Position numbers and translations under genes: made by a program
Shown here: positions 17,901 through 26,934 of the stretch, piece by piece
How the letters are laid out: each line of letters begins with the position of its first letter
Position numbering within the stretch: the first letter of the stretch is position 1
Assembly: GCA_002779395.1 (NCBI GenBank)
Contig: PEWR01000091.1
Location: 1,464-65,463, forward strand
Source of the DNA: Ignavibacteriales bacterium CG07_land_8_20_14_0_80_59_12
GTDB lineage: Bacteria; Bacteroidota; Ignavibacteria; 0-14-0-80-59-12
Direction of reading: 5' to 3'
DNA: 64,000 bases
The notes under the pieces: model-generated
The model's database searches: none
What the model was told of the DNA's origin: nothing
What the model saw: the letters and a program-made list of their open reading frames with translations, nothing else

Positions 17901-18563
17901 AACGACTCAACGACGCTCCTCGGGATGAACCTTCTCTCGCAGGATGTCTACCTATTCGAGAACTCACAGCTATTCTCCGTGAGGGGTCGGTTGATTGTCC
18001 GGAACGGACTTTCGCAGTTCGCCAGTTACCGGGAGCGTTCGGCCAGCGAGGAGAGGTCGGTGAGGGTGAGGGTTCAGCCTCTCCGCGAATTCTCCATTCA
18101 GGCGGAGTACGGATCTCGCGTCAACCGTCTGCGCCCGTCCACGACGTCGGACAGAGCGTACGACGTGAGCGGCAGTTCCGGCGTGTTCGACTTCTCGTAC
18201 CGGCCGGAACAGGAGATTGAGTTCGGGCTCCACGTTGAAGTGGGTGAGAATGAAAATACCGCATCGGTTCCCCTCCAGTCTGCCGGTATGAATGCCGAGG
18301 GGGTCCGTTTTGTCCGGTCGTTTGCAGGGAAGGGACAGTTCCGGGTTGAGTTTCACAGGGAAGAGGTGCTTCTCAGCTCCTTATCGGCGGCGCCGTACGA
18401 AATGACGAATGGGCGCCTCCCGGGCGTGAATTTCCTCTGGAGCGCTTGGGGCGATTTTCGGTTCGCGGGCTTCTTGCAGGCGTCTGCACGCTACGATGGG
18501 CGGACGGGTTCTTCAGGAAGGGTCATCCATTCACTCCAGGCGGAAGTGCGGGCTTTCTTCTAG
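14991..18563 (+). CDS. Large conserved hypothetical outer-membrane protein
   Basis: Signal peptide, SGSLTRG..LQLSG, QGPYQL..GSERV..YTIDY motifs, amphipathic beta-strand C-terminus ending in Phe. Confidence 0.75.
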   Translation: MRGSRHSTGLSGSLLFSLLLVSLDGTQGRAQVRDSVSQLPVAFTYTLPLADSVVRLPAEFREIAPWEGLTVRIDSLSLSAGKDFWVDTLHNVLRISPELLTRVSSAAPNLGAPGRAKPRVIVETTRRAGVFKSRFSLPPPRRIASGDTALASGITPPLTPPLQLRDVFGPGIQRSGSLTRGFVVGSNRDVSLTSNFRLQLSGMLGADIAVAAALADENSPIPPEGLTKQLQEFDKVFVEIRAPRAGATLGDFDFMRSGGSLGVVQRKLQGAEGRLSLGDSTSRTEVTVAAAVARGKFTTNRFNGLDAVQGPYQLAGANGERSIVVVPGSERVSIDGEPMTRGAVEEYTIDYSLAQVTFTVRRIISSASRISVDFQYVDRQYTRTFAGADVRSTVAGGALGVSYYREADNQDSPIDVVLSDTDRAIISKAGSDPFAAAKSSIMYTGVDSVTGASKGRYLLVDTVVAGSPLKILRYAPGDVRALYDASFTFVGDGKGEYSRRQIGEFSYAGPGGGSYAPITLLPIPQLHQLADVSLARDVGNAFHAEVNYALSSFDANRFSAGGTARSTGHAVNARLSLRPVILRVGGVSLGEFGAAVSDNYYGDSFRPLDRIKPIEFNRIWDVSDTLVGSQNVLTAELLYHPSASLTLLNTYGLLTTASGVSSSKYSGRLRVESAPSRALDYTVEYVQREGGGPLSSNWLRQRGSGFLDLGAVKPAVRFEAEDRRQSATDSTGAASLDATSFRFAEVAPSIGFPRLLGSSFSLNGFFRFDDLPYGGEFVRQATSTGFGGAWKYTEGGGLSASIDLTQRTKRFDDQFKTQGSRDAKTLLVRSVTQYRDGRGSVSTDLYYEFGTERAAKLERVFLRVEKGTGSYTYIGDSSQRAVPDPNKFVPVRFDGDYVPVTVPSDRLYPVSSVKSGIRVRLTPARLWPQASSFVESALAALSSETSLRVEEKSTDERMSDLYLLRLSRFLNDSTTLLGMNLLSQDVYLFENSQLFSVRGRLIVRNGLSQFASYRERSASEERSVRVRVQPLREFSIQAEYGSRVNRLRPSTTSDRAYDVSGSSGVFDFSYRPEQEIEFGLHVEVGENENTASVPLQSAGMNAEGVRFVRSFAGKGQFRVEFHREEVLLSSLSAAPYEMTNGRLPGVNFLWSAWGDFRFAGFLQASARYDGRTGSSGRVIHSLQAEVRAFF

Positions 18564-18756
18564 AGCGGGATCAAGTGGCGGCAGGCGGGGGCGATTCAGG
18601 GGGACGATGGTTAGTCACTCGCTCGTGTCAAGGACGTGCAATTTTCGGAAATGCAAGTGATTTGCAATTTTGCGGGAAAACCCTATCTTGAATCTGTTTG
18701 CCGCTGGGCCGTGGAGTGGTTCCTCTGCGACCGTCTCGATTCAAGGGACTTTGTGA

Positions 18757-19413
18757 ATGACAGCTTTGGTACTTGGTGTCATCATCGGGTTTGCTACGTC
18801 AGTCCCGATCGGCCCGATTAACCTTGCTGTGATGGCGAAGACGCTGCGAGACGGTGTGCACCAGGCACTGAATCTCTCGCTCGGGGCCGTCGTCATGGAC
18901 GTACTCTACGTCCTTGTCGCCATGCTTGGCATTTCCGTTTTCATCGACCTTCCTATCGCTCGGTTTGTCCTCGGGCTGATCGGCTTCTTCCTTTTGATCT
19001 ACTACGGCCTTCGAAGCATCCTGACGAAGCGACACCATATCGAACCGCCGCCGAACGGGAACACGAACGGGCCTCAGAAGAAGTTTCATAGCGCGTTTTT
19101 CGTCGGGATCGCACTTTACCTGTCAAACCCGACGTTCCTCGCGTACTGGATTGCCGTCGCCGGGGTCATGCACGGTCACGGACTCGTCGCCGTCGAGACC
19201 TTTGCGAATGTCCTCTTCGCTGTCGGTGTTGGTACAGGAACTGCGCTCTGGTTCTACGGTGTCATCCGCGCCGTTCATCACCAGAGGCACGTTCTGAAGG
19301 TGAGCACCATCCAGCGCCTCACACAGGTGGCGGGGGCGACCCTCCTTGCGTTCGGTGTGTATGTCGGGTACGAGCTGTTCGTCAGCCTGAGAAGCGGGCT
19401 GCTGTCGTTTTGA
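18757..19413 (+). CDS. LysE/RhtB-family exporter
   Basis: PIGPIN motif, SNP..W and multiple TM helices. Confidence 0.85.
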   Translation: MTALVLGVIIGFATSVPIGPINLAVMAKTLRDGVHQALNLSLGAVVMDVLYVLVAMLGISVFIDLPIARFVLGLIGFFLLIYYGLRSILTKRHHIEPPPNGNTNGPQKKFHSAFFVGIALYLSNPTFLAYWIAVAGVMHGHGLVAVETFANVLFAVGVGTGTALWFYGVIRAVHHQRHVLKVSTIQRLTQVAGATLLAFGVYVGYELFVSLRSGLLSF

Positions 19414-19441
19414 GTCTCCTTCACTTTCGCTGCTGTGGCGC

Positions 19442-19951
19442 ATGGAAACCGTGTACTGCACGTCATTCCGCTCCACCGTCGGGACGATCTACATCGCCTC
19501 GACGGACCAGGGCGTCTGCAAAGTGAGCGTGCCGAAGCAGACAAGGAGGGAGTTCTTCGACTGGCTCGGGAAACACTTCGATGACGACTCTGTCGCTGAG
19601 AACAAATCGAGGAACAAGCCCCTCATTGAACAACTTTCGCGCTACTTTAGACAACGCCTTGCGAAGTTTACCATCCCTCTTGACGATCGCGGGACACCGT
19701 TCCAGCGGCGGGTCTGGAAGGAGCTCCAGAGAATTCCGTACGGACAGACGATCACGTATAAGGAGCTCGCGCGGAGGATCGGTGCTCCCAAGGCGTACCA
19801 GGCAGTCGGGCAGGCGGTCGGCGCCAACCCGCTTCCGATCCTCATCCCCTGCCACCGTGTCGTCGGCTGCGATGGCTCGCTGCGGGGTTACGCCTGTGGT
19901 GTGAAGACAAAGGAGTTCCTCCTTCGGCTGGAGGGCGCTCTCATCGTGTGA
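19442..19951 (+). CDS. ogt: Methylated-DNA-protein-cysteine methyltransferase
   Basis: GTPFQRRVW..IPYG and IPCHRVV active site. Confidence 0.93.
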   Translation: METVYCTSFRSTVGTIYIASTDQGVCKVSVPKQTRREFFDWLGKHFDDDSVAENKSRNKPLIEQLSRYFRQRLAKFTIPLDDRGTPFQRRVWKELQRIPYGQTITYKELARRIGAPKAYQAVGQAVGANPLPILIPCHRVVGCDGSLRGYACGVKTKEFLLRLEGALIV

Positions 19952-20029
19952 GGTGGACCGCGGGGTTTCACGTGGAGTTGGATGTTCCATCCGCCGCATT
20001 CTGTGCGGCAATTTTTTTCGCCGGTACTG

Positions 20030-22291
20030 ATGTCACTTGAGAAGATCCTTTCGAAACTGAATCCGGCGCAGCAGGAGGCGGTGCGTGCGATCGAGGGGCC
20101 CGTGCTCATCGTGGCTGGAGCAGGGAGCGGGAAGACCCGTGTCCTCACGTACCGCGTCGCCGCCATGATCGAGCTCGGCATCTCCCCGTTCTCGATCCTT
20201 GCACTTACGTTCACGAACAAGGCGGCGAACGTGATGAAGAGGCGGATCATCGATCTCGTCGGCGAGCGGAGCCGCGACGTGTCGATGGGAACATTCCACT
20301 CGCAATTCGCCCGCGTCCTCCGCAGCGAGGCAGACAAGCTCGGCTACAACCGCTCGTTCACGATCTATGACAGCGAAGACTCACTCGAGCTCGTGAAGAT
20401 GATCATGGGGGACCTCGGTATATCGACACAGCAGTTCAACCCCCATGCCATCCGATCGCGTATCAGCGGAGCGAAGAACCGGCTCGTCCTCCCGCAGGAG
20501 TACCTCTCGAAATCGTCGACTCTGATCGACGAAAAGACCGCTGCGGTCTACGAGGAGTACAACCGCCGTCTCCGCACGCAGAACGCGATGGACTTCGATG
20601 ATCTTCTCATCAAGCCGATCGAGCTCTTCCAGGCACAGCCGAACGTGCTTCGGAAGTACCAGTCTCGCTTCAAGTACGTCCTTGTCGACGAGTTCCAGGA
20701 CACGAACCACGCCCAGTTCGTCCTCCTGGACCTCCTTGCCGCGCAGCAACGCAACCTCTCCGTTGTTGGCGACGATGCACAGAGCATCTACTCGTTCCGC
20801 GGGGCGGACATCCGGAACATCCTGGACTTTGAGCGAACGTACTCTGACTGCAGGATTTTCCGCCTCGAGGAGAACTACCGGTCGACGAAAACGATCCTCG
20901 CGGCGGCGGCTTCCGTGATCCGTTGGAACGCCGACCAGATCCAGAAGAAGTTGTGGACGTCGAATCCGGAAGGGGACCCGGTGACCGTCCTTGAGTGCGA
21001 GGACGAGCGCGACGAAGGATACCAGCTGGCGAAGGAAATCGAGGCGCTGATTGCCCGCGGCTCGATGGCATTCCGCGACATAGCGGTGGTATACCGGACC
21101 AACGCCCAGTCCCGCTCGATTGAAGATGCGCTCCGGCGGTGCGGCATCACGTACACCATTATCGGCGGCGTGGAGTTCTACCTGCGGAAGGAGATCAAAG
21201 ATGTCCTCGCGTACCTGCGCGTCGTCGTCAATCCGGTGGACGAGGAAAGCCTTCTCCGGGCCGTCAACACGCCGCCCCGGGGCATCGGCGACACGACGCT
21301 CAGGCACCTGCGCCAGCACGCCGCGGAGAACCACTGCACTCTCTTCGATGCCATGCGGCGGGCGGCTGAGGTCCCTTCGCTGACGGAGCGCGCACGCCGG
21401 AGCCTGCTCTCGTTCACGGGGATGCTGGAGAAGTACATCTCGTTTCGGGACGAAATGTCCGCCAGTGAGCTGTCCCGTTCTCTTGTGGACGAGCTCGGCT
21501 TTCTCACCGCGCTGAAGGCCGAGGGAACAGCCGAGGCGCTCGCGCGTTGGGAAAACGTGCAGGAACTCCTCTCCGCACTCTCCGAGTTCTCCGAATCGCA
21601 TGAACGCGGGACGCTTGTCGCCTTTCTCGAGGAAGTGTCCCTGGTCTCAGCCGTTGACAGGTGGGAGGAGGAGAAGAGCGCCGTGACGCTGATGACCCTC
21701 CACAGTGCGAAGGGGCTCGAGTTCCCGGTCGTCTTTATCGTGGGCCTCGAAGAGGGGCTTCTTCCCCTCTCGAATGGGACGCTCGATCGGTCTGCGCTGG
21801 AGGAGGAACGCAGACTCTTCTACGTCGGCATGACGAGGGCCAGGGAGAAGCTTTATCTATCTTACACACGGACACGGTTCCGGTTCGGGGATCGTTCCTA
21901 TACAACGCGCTCAAGGTTTCTCGATGAGATTGGAGCGGAGTATCTTGAGTACCGCAGGTCGCGAGGTAGGTCACTGGCGGAGGGGCGGCGCATGCCGGAA
22001 GGAAGGCTTGCACCACCGGGGGCGGGTGGCGAACTGTACGCCGGCTCTCTCCCGAGGTCTGTGCGCATGAGGAAAACACCGGCCGCTAGGCCGCCGCGCA
22101 GCGAGGAATCGGACTGGTCCAGCGGCTCGCTCCGCGTGGGGATGATCATCTATCATGAGAGCTTCGGGCGCGGAAGGATCATACAACTCTCGGGCGAAGG
22201 TGATCTGGCACGTGCGGCAGTGGCGTTCGATGAGGGGGGAAAGAAACTGCTCCTGCTGAAGTATGCACGGCTTCGGTTGGAAGGGGAGTAG
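20030..22291 (+). CDS. pcrA: UvrD/PcrA ATP-dependent DNA helicase
   Basis: AGAGSGKT, TFTNKAA, DEFQDTN, TLHSAKGLEF and EERRLFYVGMTRA. Confidence 0.95.
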   Translation: MSLEKILSKLNPAQQEAVRAIEGPVLIVAGAGSGKTRVLTYRVAAMIELGISPFSILALTFTNKAANVMKRRIIDLVGERSRDVSMGTFHSQFARVLRSEADKLGYNRSFTIYDSEDSLELVKMIMGDLGISTQQFNPHAIRSRISGAKNRLVLPQEYLSKSSTLIDEKTAAVYEEYNRRLRTQNAMDFDDLLIKPIELFQAQPNVLRKYQSRFKYVLVDEFQDTNHAQFVLLDLLAAQQRNLSVVGDDAQSIYSFRGADIRNILDFERTYSDCRIFRLEENYRSTKTILAAAASVIRWNADQIQKKLWTSNPEGDPVTVLECEDERDEGYQLAKEIEALIARGSMAFRDIAVVYRTNAQSRSIEDALRRCGITYTIIGGVEFYLRKEIKDVLAYLRVVVNPVDEESLLRAVNTPPRGIGDTTLRHLRQHAAENHCTLFDAMRRAAEVPSLTERARRSLLSFTGMLEKYISFRDEMSASELSRSLVDELGFLTALKAEGTAEALARWENVQELLSALSEFSESHERGTLVAFLEEVSLVSAVDRWEEEKSAVTLMTLHSAKGLEFPVVFIVGLEEGLLPLSNGTLDRSALEEERRLFYVGMTRAREKLYLSYTRTRFRFGDRSYTTRSRFLDEIGAEYLEYRRSRGRSLAEGRRMPEGRLAPPGAGGELYAGSLPRSVRMRKTPAARPPRSEESDWSSGSLRVGMIIYHESFGRGRIIQLSGEGDLARAAVAFDEGGKKLLLLKYARLRLEGE

Positions 22292-22340
22292 GACAATGGC
22301 AACCGCGGATTCCTCCGCGTGAATTTGCAGTTGCTTCTTC

Positions 22341-23468
22341 TTACTTTCCCAACACTGTGCGGTAGTACGTTTCGTACTGATCGACGATCTTCTCTGAGTT
22401 GAACTGCTCCACAGCGCGGCGTCGACCAGCTTCTGCAAACCTCAATCGCTTCTCCTCGTTCCTGAGCAGGTCAATCGCGTAGCGTGCCATCCTGTCGATG
22501 TCGCCGATTTCGGCGATGTATCCGGTCTCGCCGTGCACCACAAGCTCCGGAAGCCCGCCCACGCTCGAACTTACCACAGGCACCTCGCACGCCATCGCCT
22601 CAAGCGCGGAGAGGCCGAAGCTCTCCGACTGGCTCGGCATGAGGAAAAGGTCCGATGCCGAGTGAATCTCCACCAGGTTGGTCTGCTTCCCGAGGAACCG
22701 GACTTCATGGTCAATGCCGAGATCATGGCAGAGCTTCTCGCACACGGAGCGATCGGGGCCGTCGCCGACAAGGACGAGCTTTGACGGGACGGACTTCCGG
22801 ACGACGTCAAAGATGCGGATCACATCAGTGACCCTCTTCACGGCTCGGAAGTTCGAGACATGGACGAGGACGCGCTCGCCCTTCGGGGCGATGACCTTCC
22901 TGATCGCCTCCCCGTTCCCCCGCCTGTAGAGCTTGACATCGACAAAGTTCGGAATGACCTCAATCGACTTGTTGATCCCGTAGTTCGTGAGGGTTTTCTC
23001 GCGTAGGAAGCGCGACACCGCGGTGACTCCGTCACTCTGCTCGATGCTGAACTTCATCACGGGGAGGTAGCTCGGCTCAAGCCCGACCAGCGTGATGTCC
23101 GTCCCGTGGAGTGTCGTGACGATTTTCAGCCGGTCTCGGCCGAGAATCTCCCGCGCAAGGTACGCGCTCGTGGCATGGGGGATCGCGTAGTGAACATGGA
23201 GAAGATCGAGGTACTCAAACTGTGCGACGTCGATCATCTTGCTTGCGAGCGCTGTCGTGTAGAGGGGAAACTCGAACAGCGGGTACTGTGCCATCTCCAC
23301 TTCGTGGTAGAAGACGTTCTTGATGAAGCCGTTGAGACGCATCGGGACGGCGTACGAGATGAAATGGACTTCGTGGCCCCGCTTCGCAAGCTCCTTCCCG
23401 AGCTCCGTTGCGACGACGCCGCTGCCGCCGTACGTTGGATAGCACGTGATGCCGATTTTCATAGACAT
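22341..23468 (-). CDS. bshA: N-acetyl-alpha-D-glucosaminyl L-malate synthase (bacillithiol biosynthesis)
   Basis: KIGITCYPTYGGSGVVATELG, HVHYAIPHA and TTLHGTDIT. Confidence 0.93.
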   Translation of the reverse strand: MSMKIGITCYPTYGGSGVVATELGKELAKRGHEVHFISYAVPMRLNGFIKNVFYHEVEMAQYPLFEFPLYTTALASKMIDVAQFEYLDLLHVHYAIPHATSAYLAREILGRDRLKIVTTLHGTDITLVGLEPSYLPVMKFSIEQSDGVTAVSRFLREKTLTNYGINKSIEVIPNFVDVKLYRRGNGEAIRKVIAPKGERVLVHVSNFRAVKRVTDVIRIFDVVRKSVPSKLVLVGDGPDRSVCEKLCHDLGIDHEVRFLGKQTNLVEIHSASDLFLMPSQSESFGLSALEAMACEVPVVSSSVGGLPELVVHGETGYIAEIGDIDRMARYAIDLLRNEEKRLRFAEAGRRRAVEQFNSEKIVDQYETYYRTVLGK

Positions 23469-23508
23469 TGCGAGTCTCCCAGCGAGTCCCGCGTTCCTTC
23501 AGGGTCAG

Positions 23509-23535
23509 TCCGAGGTCGCCTTTGGCGACCTCGGA
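23509..23535. repeat. Perfect 12-bp inverted repeat between divergent bshA and yigZ
   Basis: TCCGAGGTCGCC-TTT-GGCGACCTCGGA. Confidence 0.7.
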
Positions 23536-23606
23536 AGACGGATCGAGGCCTCGCGCTTGATTTTGTGGCGCGTTGTCAACATCTTGAATTGACCTGAGAA
23601 CCCATC

Positions 23607-24251
23607 ATGCCGGACGATTCGTACACGACACTCCTCAAGCCCTCGCGCGTTAAGCTGAGAATCAAAGGGTCGCGCTTCATTGTCTCCGCCCGTGCAACTG
23701 CAACACGGAGGGAGGCGGAGGAGTTCGTCGAGTCCATTCGGCGCGAGTTCCACGATGCGACACACAACTGCTACGCCTACTCGGCCGGGTTCCCGCGAAG
23801 CGAGGTTCGTGCAAGCGATGACGGCGAGCCGTCGGGAACCGCAGGGGCGAGGATCCTCGGAGCCATCGAGGGAAGGAGGCTCCACAATGCGGCTGTCGTT
23901 GTGACCCGGTACTTCGGCGGTACGAAGCTCGGCGTCGGCGGCTTGAGCCGCGCCTACCGCGACGCGGCCATCCAGGCAATCAAAGCGTCCGGGACAACGG
24001 AGCGCTTCGTCCTCGAGTGTCTTCGCCTGACGTTCCCATCCGACCGGGTGGGTTCCGTCATGCGCCACATCGAACTCTACCATGCCTCGATCGACGATGC
24101 CGCCTACGCCGAGGGTGCTGTCCTCGCAGTTTCAATCCGCCGATCTCATGCGGAAGCTTTCTGCCACGCGCTCATCGACGCCACTGCGGGGAACATCGAA
24201 ATCAGTGAGCTCCCCGAGGCCTCGCCACCAGCGAACCCCTCTCACGCCTGA
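23607..24251 (+). CDS. yigZ: YigZ/IMPACT family protein
   Basis: IKGSRF, ATHNCYAY, SDDGEPSGTAG and VTRYFGGTKLG. Confidence 0.92.
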   Translation: MPDDSYTTLLKPSRVKLRIKGSRFIVSARATATRREAEEFVESIRREFHDATHNCYAYSAGFPRSEVRASDDGEPSGTAGARILGAIEGRRLHNAAVVVTRYFGGTKLGVGGLSRAYRDAAIQAIKASGTTERFVLECLRLTFPSDRVGSVMRHIELYHASIDDAAYAEGAVLAVSIRRSHAEAFCHALIDATAGNIEISELPEASPPANPSHA

Positions 24252-24378
24252 GCGATCTTCACCCGAGCTTCTTTCACAAGCCGCGCCGTATCGATGGCGA
24301 TGACGAGCTCCTCGTTCGTCGGGACGACAAGGATCTTCACGCGGGAGTCGTCCGCCGATATGATCTTCTCTTTCTCCT
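24242..24378 (-). pseudogene. ackA: 3' remnant of acetate kinase
   Basis: Minus strand reads EKEKIISADDSRVKILVVPTNEELVIAIDTARLV..QA*, containing the PTNEE motif. Confidence 0.8.
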
Positions 24379-24468
24379 TACGGCAAGGGTCTCAATGCCC
24401 GCCGCTGAAGCTGCCTGGGCGATCCCCTGACCCATGATGCCGATTCGGACGACGGCAAGCTTGTCTAC
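24379..24468 (-). pseudogene. 5' remnant of a 3-hydroxyacyl/3-hydroxybutyryl-CoA dehydrogenase
   Basis: Minus strand reads VDKLAVVRIGIMGQGIAQAASAAGIETLAV (degenerate GxGxMGxGIA); no in-frame start. Confidence 0.7.
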
Positions 24469-24814
24469 TCACTCCGGGTCTCGCCCGGAGGGTTGAATAG
24501 CGGAGAGGATATCCTCTATCCGTACGTCTTCTGTAGCCGTTGAAATGCCTTTGCAAATGAACGGTCAGTTGACGGAAAGGAAATGAGTGACTGTCTGCTT
24601 GGTGGAGGCCACAACACCTTGAATTTAGGCAAACCGTGAGGCATATTCAAGGCATCTCTCACATGGGACGCCAGCGGCCCGGCGGCCGCAACTTGCACTT
24701 TTCTCGTTGCTTGAGTAACTTATGTTTGTTGCAAGTTGAACTTTGGAACTAGAACTGGTTCAAGAACGTTGACATACAAGAGGCTGACGAAGCCTCTTCA
24801 TTTTGGGAGGAATC

Positions 24815-24831
24815 ACGACTCTTTCGGTCGT
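24815..24831. promoter_or_regulatory. Putative IscR/Rrf2 operator (GAC-N7-GTC palindrome)
   Basis: ACGACTCTTTCGGTCGT immediately upstream of the rrf2 ATG; same spacing as IscR type-1 sites. Confidence 0.45.
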
Positions 24832-24837
24832 ATTTGA

Positions 24838-25239
24838 ATGTTGAGGCTCTCAAAGAGAGTGGAGTACGGTCTCATCGCGGTGCGCCATATCGCGGCACTG
24901 CACGTTGGTACCGTCGTCACCGCCAAGGAGATATCGGACCGCTATCATATCCCCTTCGACCTTCTTGCGAAGATCCTTCAGCGGCTTTCGAAGAGCGGGC
25001 TCGTCATCGCCCAACACGGCGTGAAGGGAGGGTATTCGCTCTCCAAGAGCCCTGATCAGATTCCTCTCTCGCTCATCGTCAACGCCATCGAGGGACGGCA
25101 GGTCGTCGCGGTCTGCATCTCGGAGAAGAACGAGGATTGTCGCATCTCCGAGACCTGCACGATCAAGTCCTCGCTCTTCAAGATCCAGAATAACGTTGAC
25201 CAGATTTTCTCGACGATGCTGCTCTCGGAGATCGTCTGA
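24838..25239 (+). CDS. Rrf2-family Fe-S regulator (IscR/SufR-like)
   Basis: LSKRVEYGL, GVKGGYSL and three Cys (VAVC..DC..TC); heads the suf cluster. Confidence 0.9.
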   Translation: MLRLSKRVEYGLIAVRHIAALHVGTVVTAKEISDRYHIPFDLLAKILQRLSKSGLVIAQHGVKGGYSLSKSPDQIPLSLIVNAIEGRQVVAVCISEKNEDCRISETCTIKSSLFKIQNNVDQIFSTMLLSEIV

Positions 25240-25247
25240 GTAGTGTG

Positions 25248-25369
25248 ATGCTTGCAGTCGTGAGCGGCCGAGGTTGAAACGAGGTGAAGATGGCTGAGCT
25301 CGGGGGTGCCGCTTCAAGAACCCAAGTGCGGTGAAGAGCTGCGGCTGCGGAAAGTCGTTTTCCGTGTGA
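25248..25369 (+). pseudogene. Internally deleted A-type Fe-S carrier (IscA/SufA/HesB) remnant
   Basis: DG*ARGCRFKNPSAVKSCGCGKSFSV*, the C-terminal CGCGxSF signature; 5' limit uncertain. Confidence 0.8.
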
Positions 25370-25435
25370 CAGAATTCCCCCGCGAGAATCTTTGAAAGAC
25401 CAACTATCAACTATAACAAATCAGGGAGAAACACT

Positions 25436-26065
25436 ATGTCCTACGAATGGAAGTTCAACCCCCGTCCGTACTCGGATCAGGAGGCCAAAGAGCTTCTGAA
25501 GGATGTTGCGTCGCCCGAGACGACGGACTGGCACTACAACACTCACCAGAAAGGGTACGTCACTGCCCTCAACACGATAGAGAAGGCACTCGAGACCGCC
25601 GACCGTTCAAAGGCGAATGGGAACTACTCGGAGATCGGTGAGTTGAAACGCCGGCTGACCTGGAACCATTCGGGCGCCCTGCTCCATGATATTTACTGGC
25701 AGGGGCTCGGAGGAGACGGCGATCCGAAGAAGGGGCCCGAGATTCTGCGGGAGATCGAGAAGGAATTCGGTTCGTTCGACGCGTGGAAGACGGACTTCAA
25801 AGCGGCCGCAGTGGCGGCGAAGCTGAGCGGATGGGGGCTCCTTGTGTACGACGCCCTCTACTCACAACGGCTCCTCAATATCCTCGTGGACGAGCATCAG
25901 TACGGGGCTATCTGGGGAGGCGTCCCGCTTATCGCACTCGATGTTTTCGAGCATGCGTACTACCATAAGGACGGGCCCGCGCGCGCGAAGTACATCGACA
26001 ACGTGATTTCCCACCTTCACTGGGGACGGATCGATGAGCGTTTCAAGAAGCTTGTGAGGAAGTAA
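25436..26065 (+). CDS. sod: Fe/Mn superoxide dismutase
   Basis: HYNTHQKGYV, NHSGALLHDIYW, FGSFDAWK, SGWG and DVFEHAYY. Confidence 0.9.
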   Translation: MSYEWKFNPRPYSDQEAKELLKDVASPETTDWHYNTHQKGYVTALNTIEKALETADRSKANGNYSEIGELKRRLTWNHSGALLHDIYWQGLGGDGDPKKGPEILREIEKEFGSFDAWKTDFKAAAVAAKLSGWGLLVYDALYSQRLLNILVDEHQYGAIWGGVPLIALDVFEHAYYHKDGPARAKYIDNVISHLHWGRIDERFKKLVRK

Positions 26066-26095
26066 GACACCTGCCGGTGAGTGAAATGGAGAAAG

Positions 26096-26905
26096 ATGGC
26101 AATGCCAAAGACGCTTGAGATTAGAAAGCTGCACGTGGAGATTGAAGGACGGGAGATCATCAAGGGTGTCGACCTAACGGTTTCGACCGGAGAAATCCAT
26201 GCCATCATGGGGCCGAACGGGTCGGGCAAAAGCACTCTCTCGTATTCCATCCTCGGCCACCCGGACTATGCCGTGACGCAGGGGGAGGTGCTCTTCGACG
26301 GCGAGAACGTCCTCGACATGAAGCCGGACGAGCGCGCTGCGAAGGGTCTCTTTCTTGCCTTCCAGTATCCCGTGGAGGTCCCGGGCGTCACGCTCGCGAG
26401 CTTTCTCCGAACCGCGGTGAACTCCATTCGGAAGAAACAGGCCCGCTGGGGCGGGCAGCCTCTGAAGGAAATATCCGCCATCGAATTCTACAAGAGGCTC
26501 GAGGAGAAGATGAACCTTCTCCAGATGGACCCTTCGTTCGCGCAGCGGTACTTGAACGAAGGATTTTCCGGAGGGGAGAAGAAGAGGGCTGAGATCCTCC
26601 AGATGGCGATGCTCGGTCCGTCGATCGCAATCCTCGATGAGACTGACTCCGGGCTCGACATCGATGCACTTCGCATCGTCTCCGACGGTGTGAACGCCCT
26701 CTACGGACCCGACGTCGGCCTGCTCGTGATCACACACTACCAGCGCATCCTCCGGTATGTGCAGCCGCAGTTTGTGCACGTCCTTGTTGACGGGCGGATC
26801 GCCCTCTCGGGCGGGCCGGAGCTCGCGGAGCAGCTCGAGGAACACGGGTATGACTGGGTCAAGGACCAGCTTGGCGAGAGTGCCGTCACGCGGCAGAATG
26901 GGTGA
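26096..26905 (+). CDS. sufC: Fe-S assembly ATPase SufC
   Basis: GPNGSGKST, AFQYP, GFSGGEKKR and DETDSGLD. Confidence 0.96.
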   Translation: MAMPKTLEIRKLHVEIEGREIIKGVDLTVSTGEIHAIMGPNGSGKSTLSYSILGHPDYAVTQGEVLFDGENVLDMKPDERAAKGLFLAFQYPVEVPGVTLASFLRTAVNSIRKKQARWGGQPLKEISAIEFYKRLEEKMNLLQMDPSFAQRYLNEGFSGGEKKRAEILQMAMLGPSIAILDETDSGLDIDALRIVSDGVNALYGPDVGLLVITHYQRILRYVQPQFVHVLVDGRIALSGGPELAEQLEEHGYDWVKDQLGESAVTRQNG

Positions 26906-26934
26906 CGGTCAGAGATAGATGAGGAGACCATGAC

